A stretch of 64,000 nucleotides of DNA, from NCBI RefSeq assembly GCF_026210795.1, contig NC_089429.1, forward strand, positions 5,580,001-5,644,000, given 5' to 3'. The translations under genes were made by a program, and so were the position numbers. The stretch comes from Rhizophagus irregularis (Eukaryota). Positions 23,791 to 37,299 of the stretch are shown piece after piece. Every line of letters starts with the position of its first letter. The first letter of the stretch is position 1. The notes under the pieces were generated by a model. It did not search any database, was not told the origin of the DNA, and saw only the letters and a program-made list of their open reading frames with translations.

Positions 23791-25324
23791 GTTTTATGGT
23801 CGAAACCGTGAGCTATTCCGCAGTCACCTGATTTCACTGCTGCGCCGTAGAATAAACGTTAAGTATTTATGTAGTTAATATTAATTATATTCTATGTCAT
23901 TTATTTTTAATTTATTGTGCACTTTAAATTATTAATACACAAAATCTATTTTCACATATACTATATATTCTGTACTATTATTTTTTATTATTTTAGCGAT
24001 CGTTATTCAGATGAGTAAAAAAAAGGGGGCTAGTACACGAGACTAACCTCGTGATTTATCTAATATAATTACGATGAATAGGCCTAGAGAGAGTTAAGTA
24101 AAAAAACGCCATATATACTGTATTATATTATTTATGCGTGAAGATCACCTCAAATGGACAATATTTTCCTTTTACTTAATACCATGCATGGATGCTGTCA
24201 TTATGTTATAATTTTGAAATTATTCGTTTTTATTACCGAATCCTTCCTGAAAAAGTAATCAATGGCGGTTATTTCTCAAGGAAATTGGATGAGATTAAAT
24301 TACCTGATTTTTTTTTTCGTTTAGCCAGTTCGATATATACCGAGGGTTTGCTAGAATTCTTTGTAAAAATAAATACAATATACCGATTCCACTCAAAAAT
24401 GAATAGAAAAGAAATCATGAGAGATATGTCAGTTGGAATTGAAACAACAAGGGACTTTTTAAAAGTTTTACGTTTCTACGAAATTAGTATAATGTTTCAG
24501 GCATAAAAATACAAAAATTGGTCACGTTATCGGACCTAAAGAGTACGGAATAGGTAAATCAATAATGAATACTGTTCATATGACCTGGTATTTGTAACTA
24601 TTTGTAACTCTAGTTTAATTTGTTGGGATCATCCTATATATTAGTATATTCTAAATAAGAATTGGTATGATACACTAGTTTTCACAATAACTAATGGTAA
24701 ACAATAAGCGTGATTATTGCATAATTTTTAAAATGTTTTTAATGAATAATTTATTACTTTAACGACTCCACACATAAAGTAAAATCGAATGTTTCTCGTT
24801 AGACAGAAAATAAAAATAAAAATAAACATTAAATCTTCCGGTTTCTCCCTTAATATAACCACTAAATTATGTCATATAACCTATTGATTAAATGAACTGT
24901 TTTCCTTAAAAGGAGAAAATTTAATTCCATGCATATTACTAATGCACGTCGGAAGTAATGTTACTAATGTCACTCATCATAAAAATATTATTAACCTCGT
25001 GATCATTATTTTAATGTGGCGTGGTAGATCGAATTTCAATGAGTCATTTTTGTTTACAGATTTCGTTTATATAAAGATTGAAATCTTCCATCTTTTCAGT
25101 TTTTTTTTACTAAGCGGACTTTTTTCAAAGTACAAAAAAATTTATATATAAATCAAAAAAAAATTCTTTTTATTTCTTTTATAAAAATTACAAAATAATT
25201 TTTTCACTTGAAAATTTTTACGCTTGAAAATCGTAAGTTTTTGGCAATTTTTAGATAAAATAATAACTTTAATTTTGTATTACTTCTTCTCGTTAACCTT
25301 AAACATATTTTTTTTTTTTAGATT

Positions 25325-25849
25325 ATGTCTTTATCTACAGCCTATCAATCACTTTCAGCACTTGTCCCAGCCAGATTTCAAAAATTAACAGCAGATTATA
25401 AAACGTCGATTGAAAAATTACGACCACAAAGATTACTCTCAGCTTTAGCAATTTTACCGTATTATGCATCAACTGCAATTCCATCAACTATATGTACTTT
25501 TACAATTCTTTACGTACCAATCATTTGTAAATTTGAATATCAATTATATAAACAATTTTATAAAAATGGATTATTGAGACCAACATATCAATCATTTACA
25601 GCATTTTCTACATTAGTCACTGGTTCAATTCTATTACCTATATTAGTATTAGTGGGCGATTTAATATTTATGTTTACTGTCGTAATCGCTTCTGTTGGTG
25701 CTGTTGTTATGACAATGTATGGTGGTCTTGAATGTGGAATAGAATTTTGTAATAGAGTTGCTATGAGCGTACCTGAAACGTATTGGGAAATGATCTTTCC
25801 ATCAAAGAATCCTGAAGAAAAAATTATCGATTTGGAATTAGATTATTAA
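25325..25849 (+). CDS. Small hydrophobic membrane protein, unknown function (174 aa)
   Basis: Clean ORF with 3-4 hydrophobic segments; probable 5' UTR intron (gtaagt at 25233 to ag at 25321). Confidence 0.75.
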   Translation: MSLSTAYQSLSALVPARFQKLTADYKTSIEKLRPQRLLSALAILPYYASTAIPSTICTFTILYVPIICKFEYQLYKQFYKNGLLRPTYQSFTAFSTLVTGSILLPILVLVGDLIFMFTVVIASVGAVVMTMYGGLECGIEFCNRVAMSVPETYWEMIFPSKNPEEKIIDLELDY

Positions 25850-26460
25850 TTAATTTATTTATTTAATACTACGATGAAAATAGAAAGCAAATTTTTCGCA
25901 TATTACATTTGCATGTATACATGTATTATAATATTATTATAATATTTTTAGAATATATTATATATTTAGAATATATTATTATTAGGTACATTAATGTAAT
26001 ATTTTGTGTGGCGCAAAACTTAACCGTCTGTGTCATAATAACAAATTTTTTTAAATTTTTTTTTTATTCTAAAAGTGTAAAATGATGTACGTGCATGAAA
26101 ACATATTACGTCACAAAATTTACTTATCGTAATCGATCATGAGCTTGTTTTACATCAATATAAATTTCATAATAAAGAAACATATGAAAGTTGGATATAT
26201 ATTAACTTTTAAATCATGACGTTTTTCAATTTTTATTATAAATATCAATTTTTTTTTTTATTAACTTTGTCTTCTCTCACTTTTTCTTTCTTTTTCTTTT
26301 TCTTTTTTTTTCTTTTTCGTACAAAAAAAAATTTTCCGTGATAAAATAGATTTTATAAATAAATAAATATTATAAACATAAACATAAAATATATTATAAT
26401 ATATATATATATACGTATATATTTTTATATTTTTTTTTTTTTGCTTCTTTGTTGTACAAG

Positions 26461-27430
26461 ATGGGAAAAGATACACCTACTAAAGTTGTGAAAGAAGAAT
26501 CTATGGAATCTATTGAATATGATACAAATAGTGGTCAAGATGAAGAAATGAAAGATGTCGAGCACGTAGTAAGACAAATAATATATATATTTTTTTTGTG
26601 ATCAACTTCCTAAAAACTCTTGTTTATTATTTATTTACACCAAACGTTTTTTTCTTATCTTTACTAAATTATGTATTTATTTGTTTGTTTGTTTATTGTT
26701 ATTTTTTATTTAGACAATTAAACAAGAAACACAAATCACACCGCCACCACCATCACAATCAGCTACTTCACTTGATCAACAAAAAATCTCTTCCGAAACG
26801 GTCGGCTTACAACAACAGCAACAAACAACATCAACATCATCATCAACATCACCATTAACTCCTCCATCTACACAACCTGAAGCTACTAATGAAATTGAAC
26901 AACCAAAAGTAACAAAAAAAAGAGGTCGTAAAACAACAGCTAAACCTGCAACTTCCGTTAAACGTAAAAAAACTACCACTAAAAAAGTCGAGAAAGTGGA
27001 AGAATCTGAAAATGATATGAAACTTAAAAAAGATGATGAAAAACTTAAAGATGTTAAACTTAAAGAAGGCGAAAAAATTAAAGAAGATGAGAGTAATTCA
27101 AGTTTAGGCGTATTCGATTTTACTGAATCAGATGATGAAAGTGAAGATGTAGATCAATTGATGCCATCTTCCAAATCATCATCTAAAAAGAAATCATCAG
27201 TAAATAATCAAAAATCAACAACTAAAAAATCTTCTAAAAAATCTTCCACAGAAACTAAAAAAATTAAAAGCCCATGGCAACCAGATGAAGATAAAATTTT
27301 GATCGATAAAATTTTAGGTGAGATGCCAAGCCCTTCCTGGTCAAAAATTTCCCAGTCGTTAAAAGATAGAAATGCTAATGCTTGTTTGGTACGTTGGAAA
27401 ACTTTAAAAAAAAGATTGTATCAAAATTAA
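26461..27430 (+). CDS. Myb/SANT-domain protein with disordered N-terminus
   Basis: Exon 26461-26568, GT-AG intron, exon 26714-27430 in frame; C-terminal PWQPDEDKILI..WSKISQSLKDRNANACLVRWKTL. Confidence 0.88.
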
Positions 27431-27736
27431 AAATTGGTGGTCATAGAGGTTCTTTATCTATTAGAGGTTATTTTGGTAGATATTTTATTAGACTTGAGAT
27501 TATTGTAAAAATTTATTCAGAGTAGAGTTTATTCATTATGTCTATGTTATGTATATGGTACAATATTTTACACAGTTAGCATGTTATTCTTTTATTATAT
27601 TATTTTATCAAATAAATAATATGATGATCTTTGTTCGCACAACTGACGTTTATTATCATTTATGGAAAATTCCAACCACTTTTTGAATGCAAGCGTTATT
27701 AATATTTTAATTGACGTTATTAATTATTACCTCGTT

Positions 27737-27784
27737 ATTATATGGCCCAGTAATTATATGGCTCAGTAATTATATGGCTCAGTA
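27737..27784. repeat. 16-bp tandem repeat x3
   Basis: attatatggcccagta attatatggctcagta attatatggctcagta. Confidence 0.9.
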
Positions 27785-28262
27785 AATAATAATCACATTA
27801 ATTCTATAAATAAATCTCATTCGGAATTATTGTTCCATGCGTAGTAATTTTTAGTACTTTCAAACTAATTAAGAGGTATGAATGTGATTGTATGTCGATT
27901 TCTGTCTAGATTGTCTAGATTTATGATTTTCGATTATTAAATTTTTTAAACAATGATCTCCGCTAAATTGGTAACATTTGGTAATAGTTTACCAAAATTA
28001 ATCGGCATTAGATTTTTAGGGATTAGCAAAAAATTAGGGTATTATGTATTCTTATTTCTTAAAATAGAAAAGAAAAAAAAAAAGAATGATCGATTTTCTT
28101 TGACAAATTTTATTTTTTTATTTTATTTATTTTATTTATTATTATTATATAAAATAACCGATGAAATGATAAAATTACCAAAGAAAAATCAGAAATTTTT
28201 AACCATTTTTTTTTCGTTAAAAAAAAAAGAAAATCATTCGAATCATTAAAAGATTTTATAAG

Positions 28263-28323
28263 ATGAAAAAAGATTTTATAAAATTCACTTACAATTCTGT
28301 TAAAATAGGAATAAAAAAATTTC

Positions 28324-28354
<31 letters not shown>

Positions 28355-31287
28355 TCAAAAGAATAAAAATAATGATGATGATAACAATAATAATAACAAT
28401 AAAAAAAATGAAAATGAAAAAAATATAAAAATAAAATTAAAAAATGATAATTTATCAAATAAGAATAATAATTCTATATCATTTTCATTTTTTAAAAAGA
28501 ATGATAATGTATTTAATGTTATATTAGATGATGATGATGATGATGATAAAAGATTTAAAAAAAAATCTAAAAAAAATTTTCTAGAAAGAAAAATTCCTAT
28601 TTCACTTCTTAATAAACCTTTTATTTACAAGAGGGATAATAATAATGAAGGGTCGAAAAAAATTTTGAAAGAAATGAACAATGAATTAGGAGATAATAAT
28701 AATATTGAATCAGATGAAGGAAAAAATATTAAATTTGATCCAATTAATGAATTAGATGATGATGAGAAAATCTCGACTAGTTTTACAATTAATGAATCAG
28801 ATGATGAGAAAAAATCGTCGGTAAACAACGAGGAAAACGAGGATTTTATATTCGAAAAACAAATTATTCCATTATCCGCAAATCAAGTTAACGATGAATC
28901 AGGCACTTCGGAAATTCGACATGTTAAGTCGAACGGATCTGTTCCTGAGGATGATCAAAAATTTACGATTTCATATCACAGCGCCAAAATGAAATATGAA
29001 TCTGGCTTGGAATACAATAAGAAAATTGCCATTAAATATGAAGAGATGATAAAGATCAGCAAGAAATTAAAGCCCTCGATTCAAGGTAATGAGAAACAAT
29101 CTGATATTAAATATGAAGAAGTAATTAAAAGCAACGCCTCCGGAGCTTATCCTACCAGATTGATTCAAGACAAGAATAACATTGTTGAATATGAAGGGGT
29201 GGTAAAGAATAATAACAAGAAATTAGTTGATAACAATGATGTTATAAAAGAGAATGAGGAGTCAGAAAAAAATTTACGTGAAACTCATCAAAGTATTTTT
29301 GTTGGCTCAGATTTTAAAGTAATAAGTAAGAGATTAGATGAGCTTAGACCAGATTCGGCAGATTCGGTTAAATTGGATGATGATAAGAAAATCTCGGTTA
29401 ATAATACTACTATTAATGGATCAAATAATGAGAAAATCTTGTTAGTGAACAATCAGAAAAATGATGAATCTATAATTGAGGAACATATCACTCCATTATC
29501 CACAAATCAAGTCAACAATGATGAATCAGGCGCTTTGGAAATTCAATATGTTAAGTCGAACGAATTTTTTTCCGAGAATAAAAATCTTGACGCGCCTATT
29601 AATACAGCTTTTCTCGAAAAAAATAATTTTCATATTAAAGGCGATATAAATTCGGATCAAATGAAATACAAATCCGGCTCACGATATAATAAGAAAATTG
29701 TAACTAAATATGAAGAGATGACGAAGAACAACAAGAAATTAACACAAACTTGTATTATCCCGGATCGAATATTGCATGGCAGTTGCGTAAGGTGTCACAA
29801 TCCATTAGTTGCTAAAGATTGGTGTAAGTCTTGTCAAACTGGTATTTTTAAACAAAATTTTAAGAATTGGGCGAGTGGTAATTCGGAAGTTGATGAATTA
29901 ATCCAAAATAGTCAATTAGAAGCAACGGATAGTTTAAACTATCTCGAATGGATTGACCATAAGGAGATCGTAAATATTGAGTATATAACTAAAGGTGGAT
30001 TTGGTAAGATATTTAAAGGCATATGGATTAGGGGACCTAGACTTAAATATAGTACGACGGAAAGGGCCTGGGATAATATTCCTAATACAACTATCGCTTT
30101 AAAAGAACTTAATAATCAAGAAGACTTTAATCAATTTTTAGCCGAGGTAATATTCCGGAATTTAGTTTATTTAATAATAAAATGTTATTAATAAAAAAAA
30201 TGAACGTTTTAATCTATAGGTTCGAAACCATCGTCAATTTCTACTTAATACCGAAAATCACGTGTTAAGATGTTTTGGAATCACGAGATCCCCAAACGAT
30301 AATACGGAACTCGCAAAGTGGCTAAAGAAAGATGCGAAAGATGCTAAAGAGAGACCCAAACTAAACTCGTATATGATGGTGATGATGTGGGCAAATGATG
30401 GTGACTTATTCAATTATATTAAGAAAACATCTAATGATGAAAATTTCACTTGGTATAAACGGTTAAAAATATTAGAAGAATTATCAGGTGCCCTCAAAAG
30501 TATCCACGATAAAGGAGTAATTCATCAGGATCTTCATTGTGGCAATATTTTAATGAATGACGAAGACATATTTCACTTTCCAGCTATCGGTGATTTGGGA
30601 TTATGTGGAAATTACAATAAAACAGGAATTCTAATTGGCGTAAAATCTTTTATTGCACCTGAACATTTAAAAGAAAATCCAGAAAAGTTTACAACAGCAT
30701 CAGATATTTATAGTTTTGGAATCATTATGTGGATAATTGGTTGTTGTAAATTACCTTACGAAGAATTCAAGAATGATCAATTCGGATTAGAATATAATAT
30801 AACAGTTGGAGGTTTACGTCCAAAGATACCAAAAGATATTCCAACAACTTATGCAGAACTTATGAAAAGATGTTGGGATGATAATCCAGAAAAACGCCCA
30901 AAAGCATTTGAATTAAGAAACATATTTTCAATGTGGGAAAAACAATATTATTCGAACCATAAAGAATTTTTTATTGCAGAAAAGGAAAGATTACATAAGA
31001 TCAATAATTCTGGCCTATATTGTAATTTTCTTGAAAATCAAGAAATAGAACGTAGTAAACTGATTCATAAAAAAGGTAATAAAAGTGAGAAAAGTAAGGA
31101 ACTTTTTATTTATATTCTTTATACTTGAATCATTATCATTAATTAATATTTTTTTTTTATTTTGTTACAACACATAGGAAATAATGCTTTATCATGCAAA
31201 CCCTTTGATGAAGTTTCTCTTTCAACGGTTAATTTTGAAAATTCGAATAATAATAATGAAAACGCGAATCTTTTATTTCTTTGTTAG
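28263..31287 (+). CDS. TKL protein kinase with long low-complexity, internally duplicated N-terminus (intact copy)
   Basis: Exons 28263-30146, 30220-31093, 31178-31287. CVRC..WCKSC, GGFGKIF, IALK, HQDLHCGN, DLG, APE. Poly-Asn/Asp N-terminus; start codon uncertain. Confidence 0.88.
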
Positions 31288-32657
31288 AGAATTGAATATC
31301 TGTTACCCTTCCAGTAAGAGCGGAATGAGAAAAAGATTTGGAGACAGCAGAATTCACTGCTCCTCCTTCGCCAAGACCTTACTGTATATGGAATATGAGT
31401 TAGTGTATTGCTATGAACAAGTAACCGCTATGGGAGTATCATCATCAGCTTAGCAAAGAAACTGCCACCTGAGGCAACTATCCCTTTACTTTTCGGAAAT
31501 TTTCTATTGGACATTTCCTAAAAGTTGCAGGCGGTCCTATATATAGATAAATTCCAGATTGTTTTATTATGTATGTCCAAATTTGTTTCTCAGTAAATTA
31601 CAAATAGTGTTCACATTAAATTTCTCCATGTATCCACACCTTTTATTCGTTTGTAGAGTTTATCTTAATTTTTCAGAGATTCGTTTTCGCAGTAATGGTT
31701 TCTTATAACCGGTCGGAGTTATATTTAATTTGAATTTAAATTTATTGATCTTTCATAAAATAAAGTAAAATACAAAGAAATTTATTCAATTAAACAAAGT
31801 GAATTCTTAATCACAAGTTTATGTCTTTTAAACCAAACCATTCTTTTAAGCGATACAAATTTTGATGTTTCCAATAAATTTGAACTATTAATAATAAGTT
31901 TCTTGAAACATCAACATGTCATAATCGAAAGGTGAAGTCGAAACTCGTGATATAGATTAATTAATTAATGTAAAATTGAACATTACTAGTTTTAGCAAAT
32001 GCTTACAACACGAACGAAAAAAATTATTATTTTCCCATATAAAACTCTATAAATCGATTTCCCTGATACTTCAAAGTTACGTGATTATATGATTTTTTTT
32101 TATTATAACATAATTGGAAGATATTGTGTCGCTTCATTTGAGTTAATTATATTCGTACGAAGTTATCTCCATAAAAAACCTGATTATCAAATTTGGAAGT
32201 ATCGGTGATTTTTTTTTTATGAATAGTTTGATGTTAATTACACTAATTTTTCTCACGCCAACGGACCTCGTTCATTAATTTTTTCAAATAATTCTTACTA
32301 TATTTATTTCGAATGGGGTCGATTATCCAAAAAAAAAAATAAGTGTGTAACATTTCGTAGTTTTCTAATTTAAAATAAAGTTAATTAACTGAGCCATATA
32401 TTTTATTATTACAGTACGGTTAATTAACCGGTTAAACAATTTTCCTTTTCTTTTTTAATGGTTAAATTAAACATTTGTTTGTATTAATGGTTAATTAACC
32501 ATTTTTTTTCGTTATATTTTTTGTAACACGAAATTTCCATTTTTTCACTAGCGTTAATTGTATAATTTTATATATAATCATTCATTTTTTTTATCGCCTC
32601 AATTCGCTGGAAATATTTATTTTCTTATAAACAACCAAATAAGAAACTAAATATCAG

Positions 32658-34961
32658 ATGATAAGAAAAGAGAGAAAAAAAGGTCCCGTTTGGGTACATT
32701 TCAAGACTGTAGTTGAAAGTAATAACTCGCATCCTCCTGTACAATGTAAATACTGTTACAAAAATTATCAACGAGCTGTTCCTGAACGAATGCAAGCCCA
32801 CCTTGACAAATGTCCAAAAGCACCAAGTAATGCAAAATCACAACCCAAACAACAATTAATTAACAATTTTAATGGTGGCCATATGAGTGAAGATCAGGAT
32901 GCTAATACTATATTATCTTCACAACATTTTATTCAACGTCCTCAATCACCTTTCGAGTCACAAGATAGTGAAGAAATGAACATGCAAATAGAGTATAGTG
33001 ACCAATTAGAATCTCCGCGTAATTTACATCATTTAGGTTATTGTTATCAGTATGGAATTGGAATTGAAAAAAATGAAATCAGGGCATTTCAATTATATAA
33101 AGAAGCAGCTGAAAAAGGTCATATTAATTCAAAATATGATCTTGGAAGATGTTATCAACATGGAATAGGAATTGAAAAAAATGAAATTAAAGCATTTGAA
33201 TTATATAAAGAAGTAGCTCAAAATGGTCATATAACTTCAATATATGAGCTTGGAGAATGTTATCAATATGGAATGGGAACGGGGAAAAATGAAATTAAAG
33301 CATTTGGATTTTACAAAGAAGCAGCTGAAAAAGGTCATATTACTTCAATATATAAACTTGGAGAATGTTATAAATATGGAATAGGAACTGTAATAAATAA
33401 AATTAAAGCATTTGAATTTTATAAAGAAGCGGCCCAAAAAGGTCATATTACTTCAATATTTAAGCTTGGATATTGTTATAATCATGGAACAGGAACTGAA
33501 ATAGATAAAATTAAAGCATTTGATTCATATAAAGAAGCGGCTGAAAAAGGTCACATTACTTCAATACATAAACTTGGAGAATGTTATCAATATGGAATAG
33601 GAACTGAAATAAATGAAATTAAAGCGTTTGATTCATATATAAAAGCAGCTAACAAAGGTCATACTATTTCATTATATGAGATTGGAGAATGTTATCAATA
33701 TGGAATAGGTACTGAAAAAGATAATAATAAAGCATTTGAATTATATAAAGAAGCAGCTGAAAAAGGACTTACTATTTCATTATATGAGCTTGGAGAATGT
33801 TATCAATATGGAATAGGTACTGAAATAAATAAAAATAAAGCATTTGAATCATACAAAGAAGCGGCTCAAAAAGGTCATATTATTTCAATATTTAAGCTTG
33901 GATATTGTTATAGCAATGGAACAGGGACTAAAATAGATAGAATTAAAGCATTTGATTTATACAAAGAAGCGGCTGAAAAAGGCCACATTACTTCAATACA
34001 CAAGCTTGGAAAATGTTATCGGTACGGAAGAGGGACTGAAATAAATAAAAATAAAGTATTTGAATCATACAAAGAAGCAGCTGAATTAGGTAATCATAAA
34101 TCATTGTTTGAGCTTGGAAAATGTTATCAATATGGAATAGGAACTGAAAAAGATGAAACTAAAGCATTTGAGTCATACAAAAAAGCAGCTGAAAAAGGTC
34201 ATACTATGTCGTTATATGAGCTTGGAAGATGTTATCAACGTGGAATGGGAACTGAAATACATAAAATAAAAGCGTTTGAGTCATACAAAGAAGCAGCTGA
34301 ACAAGGTCATGCTAATTCATTATATGAGCTTGGGGAATGTTATCAATATGGAATAGGGACTGAAAAAGATGAAAACAGAACATTTGAGTTATATAAAGAA
34401 GCAGTTGATGAATTTAATGATTCCGAGTCATTGAATAAACTTGGAGATTGTTATCAATATGGAATAGGGACTGAAAAAGATGAAAACAAAGCATTTGAGT
34501 TATATAAAGAAGCATTTGATGAATTTGGTGATTCCGAGTCATTGCATAAACTTGGAGATTGTTATCAATATGGAATAGGAACTGAAAAAGATGAAACTAA
34601 AGCGTTTGAGTCATACAAAGAAGCAGCTGAACTAGGTTATATTATTTCATTATATGAGCTTGGGGAATGTTATCGATATGGAAGAGGGACTGAAAAAGAT
34701 GAAATTAAAGCGTTTGAGTCACACAAAGAAGCAGCTGAACAAGGTTATGCTATTTCATTATATGAGCTTGGGGAATGTTATCAATATGGAATAGGGACTG
34801 AAAAAGATGAAAACAAAGCATTTGAGTTATATAAAAGAGCAGTTGATGAATTTGGTGGTTACGAGTCATTGTATAAACTTGGAGATTGTTATCAATTTGG
34901 AATAGGGACCGAAATAAATATGATCAAAGCAAATGAATTATATACAAAACACTTAAGATAA
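32658..34961 (+). CDS. BED zinc finger + 18 Sel1-like repeats
   Basis: VWVHF..CKYC..MQAHLDKC, then a shortened hAT-like linker (QHFIQRPQSPF), then Sel1 repeats; intronless, 767 aa. Confidence 0.92.
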   Translation: MIRKERKKGPVWVHFKTVVESNNSHPPVQCKYCYKNYQRAVPERMQAHLDKCPKAPSNAKSQPKQQLINNFNGGHMSEDQDANTILSSQHFIQRPQSPFESQDSEEMNMQIEYSDQLESPRNLHHLGYCYQYGIGIEKNEIRAFQLYKEAAEKGHINSKYDLGRCYQHGIGIEKNEIKAFELYKEVAQNGHITSIYELGECYQYGMGTGKNEIKAFGFYKEAAEKGHITSIYKLGECYKYGIGTVINKIKAFEFYKEAAQKGHITSIFKLGYCYNHGTGTEIDKIKAFDSYKEAAEKGHITSIHKLGECYQYGIGTEINEIKAFDSYIKAANKGHTISLYEIGECYQYGIGTEKDNNKAFELYKEAAEKGLTISLYELGECYQYGIGTEINKNKAFESYKEAAQKGHIISIFKLGYCYSNGTGTKIDRIKAFDLYKEAAEKGHITSIHKLGKCYRYGRGTEINKNKVFESYKEAAELGNHKSLFELGKCYQYGIGTEKDETKAFESYKKAAEKGHTMSLYELGRCYQRGMGTEIHKIKAFESYKEAAEQGHANSLYELGECYQYGIGTEKDENRTFELYKEAVDEFNDSESLNKLGDCYQYGIGTEKDENKAFELYKEAFDEFGDSESLHKLGDCYQYGIGTEKDETKAFESYKEAAELGYIISLYELGECYRYGRGTEKDEIKAFESHKEAAEQGYAISLYELGECYQYGIGTEKDENKAFELYKRAVDEFGGYESLYKLGDCYQFGIGTEINMIKANELYTKHLR

Positions 34962-35469
34962 ATTTTTTATTTGCAAATTTTCTTTCTTTTTATAGTATTT
35001 ATTGTTATATTTTGATACTTTTCTATAAATTTAAGATTTACTGAAGTTTTAATCACCAAGAAAATTGTAGGAATTTTTGAATTTGGATGGGATATATATA
35101 AATCGGTATATACAGTGGTATATCGAAGTTCGAGTTATTATTTAGACTTTAAAGTCTAGTATTTAATATACTGTAGATTTAAAAATTGTGGCCAAAATTC
35201 CAAAATTCTTTGTTTGATTAATTTTTTTGTAATTAGGATTGAGGGTGACTATATTATCAATCCCTATAAAAAATCTAATATGGTTTTTTTATTCTATGTT
35301 ATTTCCGTAAATGTATTATATTCACGGAGTTTTACAGAAATTACGGATAAAATTCTTACAGGATTCTAAGTTATATAATTTTTAAAAAGATATTGTATAA
35401 GCAAATTTTATTTTAAAAAATATACCGTAATAGTTTAATCTGAAAACCACGTGATACCAACGTTTTGAC

Positions 35470-35700
35470 AACGATACGTTTCAAATGCTTTATTTCCGCA
35501 TTAATGAACAATAAAGATTATTGGACTGAAACTGAAAATTTTATTCCTAATAGATCTTATAGAATTAAAGAAAGTGGTAAATATTTGAATCTGTCCTGGT
35601 AAAAAAATTGACTATTATCATAGAATTATTAAAGAACAAAATGATATTGGATTGATTGATGTAAATTTATTATTTAAATATAATACTATCATTATAATAA
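35470..35700 (+). pseudogene. Cytochrome P450 C-terminal relic (further copies ~43450-43540 and ~49595-49710)
   Basis: SALMNNKDYWTETENFIPNRSYRIKESGKYL (PERF region), then CPGKK (heme Cys) with deletions. Confidence 0.6.
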
Positions 35701-37299
35701 TATTAAGATTAGAAAATTTAAAAAGTGTAAGTACTATATATAAATAAAATGTTCTATCATCGGATCGTTAAACATTCAGTTAATTTGTGGTATTGTTTTA
35801 TTAACAAGTTAATAATATATATATATTTATTTATTTATTTACAGTATTACTAATTGTTCTATAAAATTTTTTATCAATAATACTTTTGTTTTACTAAAAT
35901 ATAAAATAAATATTTTATCGCGTAAAATAAAATTTGCATCGATCAATCGCGACAGCGGTTAAAATCTGACATAACAATTTTAAATTTTAAATATAAAAAC
36001 CAAATAATTCATTTAAAACCGAATAATTGGAGAAATAATGAATACCATTTGAAATAAATGTAATAATCAAATTACTCTTTATAATCATAATAATTTCAAT
36101 ATACATTATATCAATTTTTAATAAAAAGATTTTAAATAAGATTTATATTTTTTTTGGTTGAAATCTTTGTGAATGCTTACTTTATTAAACTCGCTGTATA
36201 ATCTTTGATAAACTTACCAATAAAAAAAATAGACATCGGAAAAAAGAAAGCTTAAAGATAAGTTAATTTATACTTATGTAGTTTGTAATAAACTTGACAA
36301 TAATGTTATAAACCAAGTATTATTTATTTACCTAGCGTCTAACCAGGCAGAAATCACCGATTTTCGTTCAAAATTTTTTGATCTCATTAGTCTCAAGAAC
36401 ATTAAGAACATTTCAATTCAGTCATTGATCTTATAAATCGGCATGTTTCACATCGTCAATATCTCGTATTCGCGGTCATATAACGAAGTGGTTAATCTAA
36501 TGGCATGTTTTTAATTTTAATCCTTCTGATTCAATAAAATTTTATCTATAATATATTGAAATCCATCGAGTCGTGTAAATATCTGATCATTATTTTTTTA
36601 AAAAAAAGAAAATGATAAATCGTATTACTCTCAAAAATAAATATTGTTCGTATTAAATCACAAATTTGTGAATTATTGAATACAGTAATAATAATATAAT
36701 TCAAGTAGAAAAATTTATTTTTACGACGATGAATAAAATAATTTTAGTTTTATATATACCAGTTTTATACAAAATACAATAAAATAAAATAAAATTTTTT
36801 TATTAGTAGATGATTAATAGAGACAAGAAAAATATAATAAAGAATTTTATTCCTTATAAAAATCTTGACCCGTTAAATTTCGGTTAATTTTCTTAAGAAT
36901 TTTTTTTAGAGATTACTTGATTATTTTTATCTCTAATCGTTTTTTATTGTATTAAAGTTCCACATGTTTGTACTTATGAATAATACGATTAATAGGTATG
37001 TTCATAATCGACAACCGGCATAAGGGGTTGGTAAATTAGGGGTAGAATGTTTCTTAAAATAGTAAAACAGTATAAAAGAAAATTTGTGTAAAAATTTTTT
37101 TTTTTTTTTGACTTCGACTTCGACTTTTTGACATAATAAATTAATATTTATATAAATAATCATGGAATTATCCAATCCAATCATTAAAAGAATATTCTAC
37201 ATTATGGAAATAGGTTTTCATACTTTTATATACATTTAATTTCGTTTAACAAAATAATAAGTATCAAAAACGAAAATAAAAAAAAACATGTTAAATAAA

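Noticed and set aside
24192..24506. 104-aa ORF
   Set aside because: No motif, splice context or paralog support; left unannotated
26598..26858. His-rich ORF
   Set aside because: Intron plus alternative frame of the Myb gene exon 2
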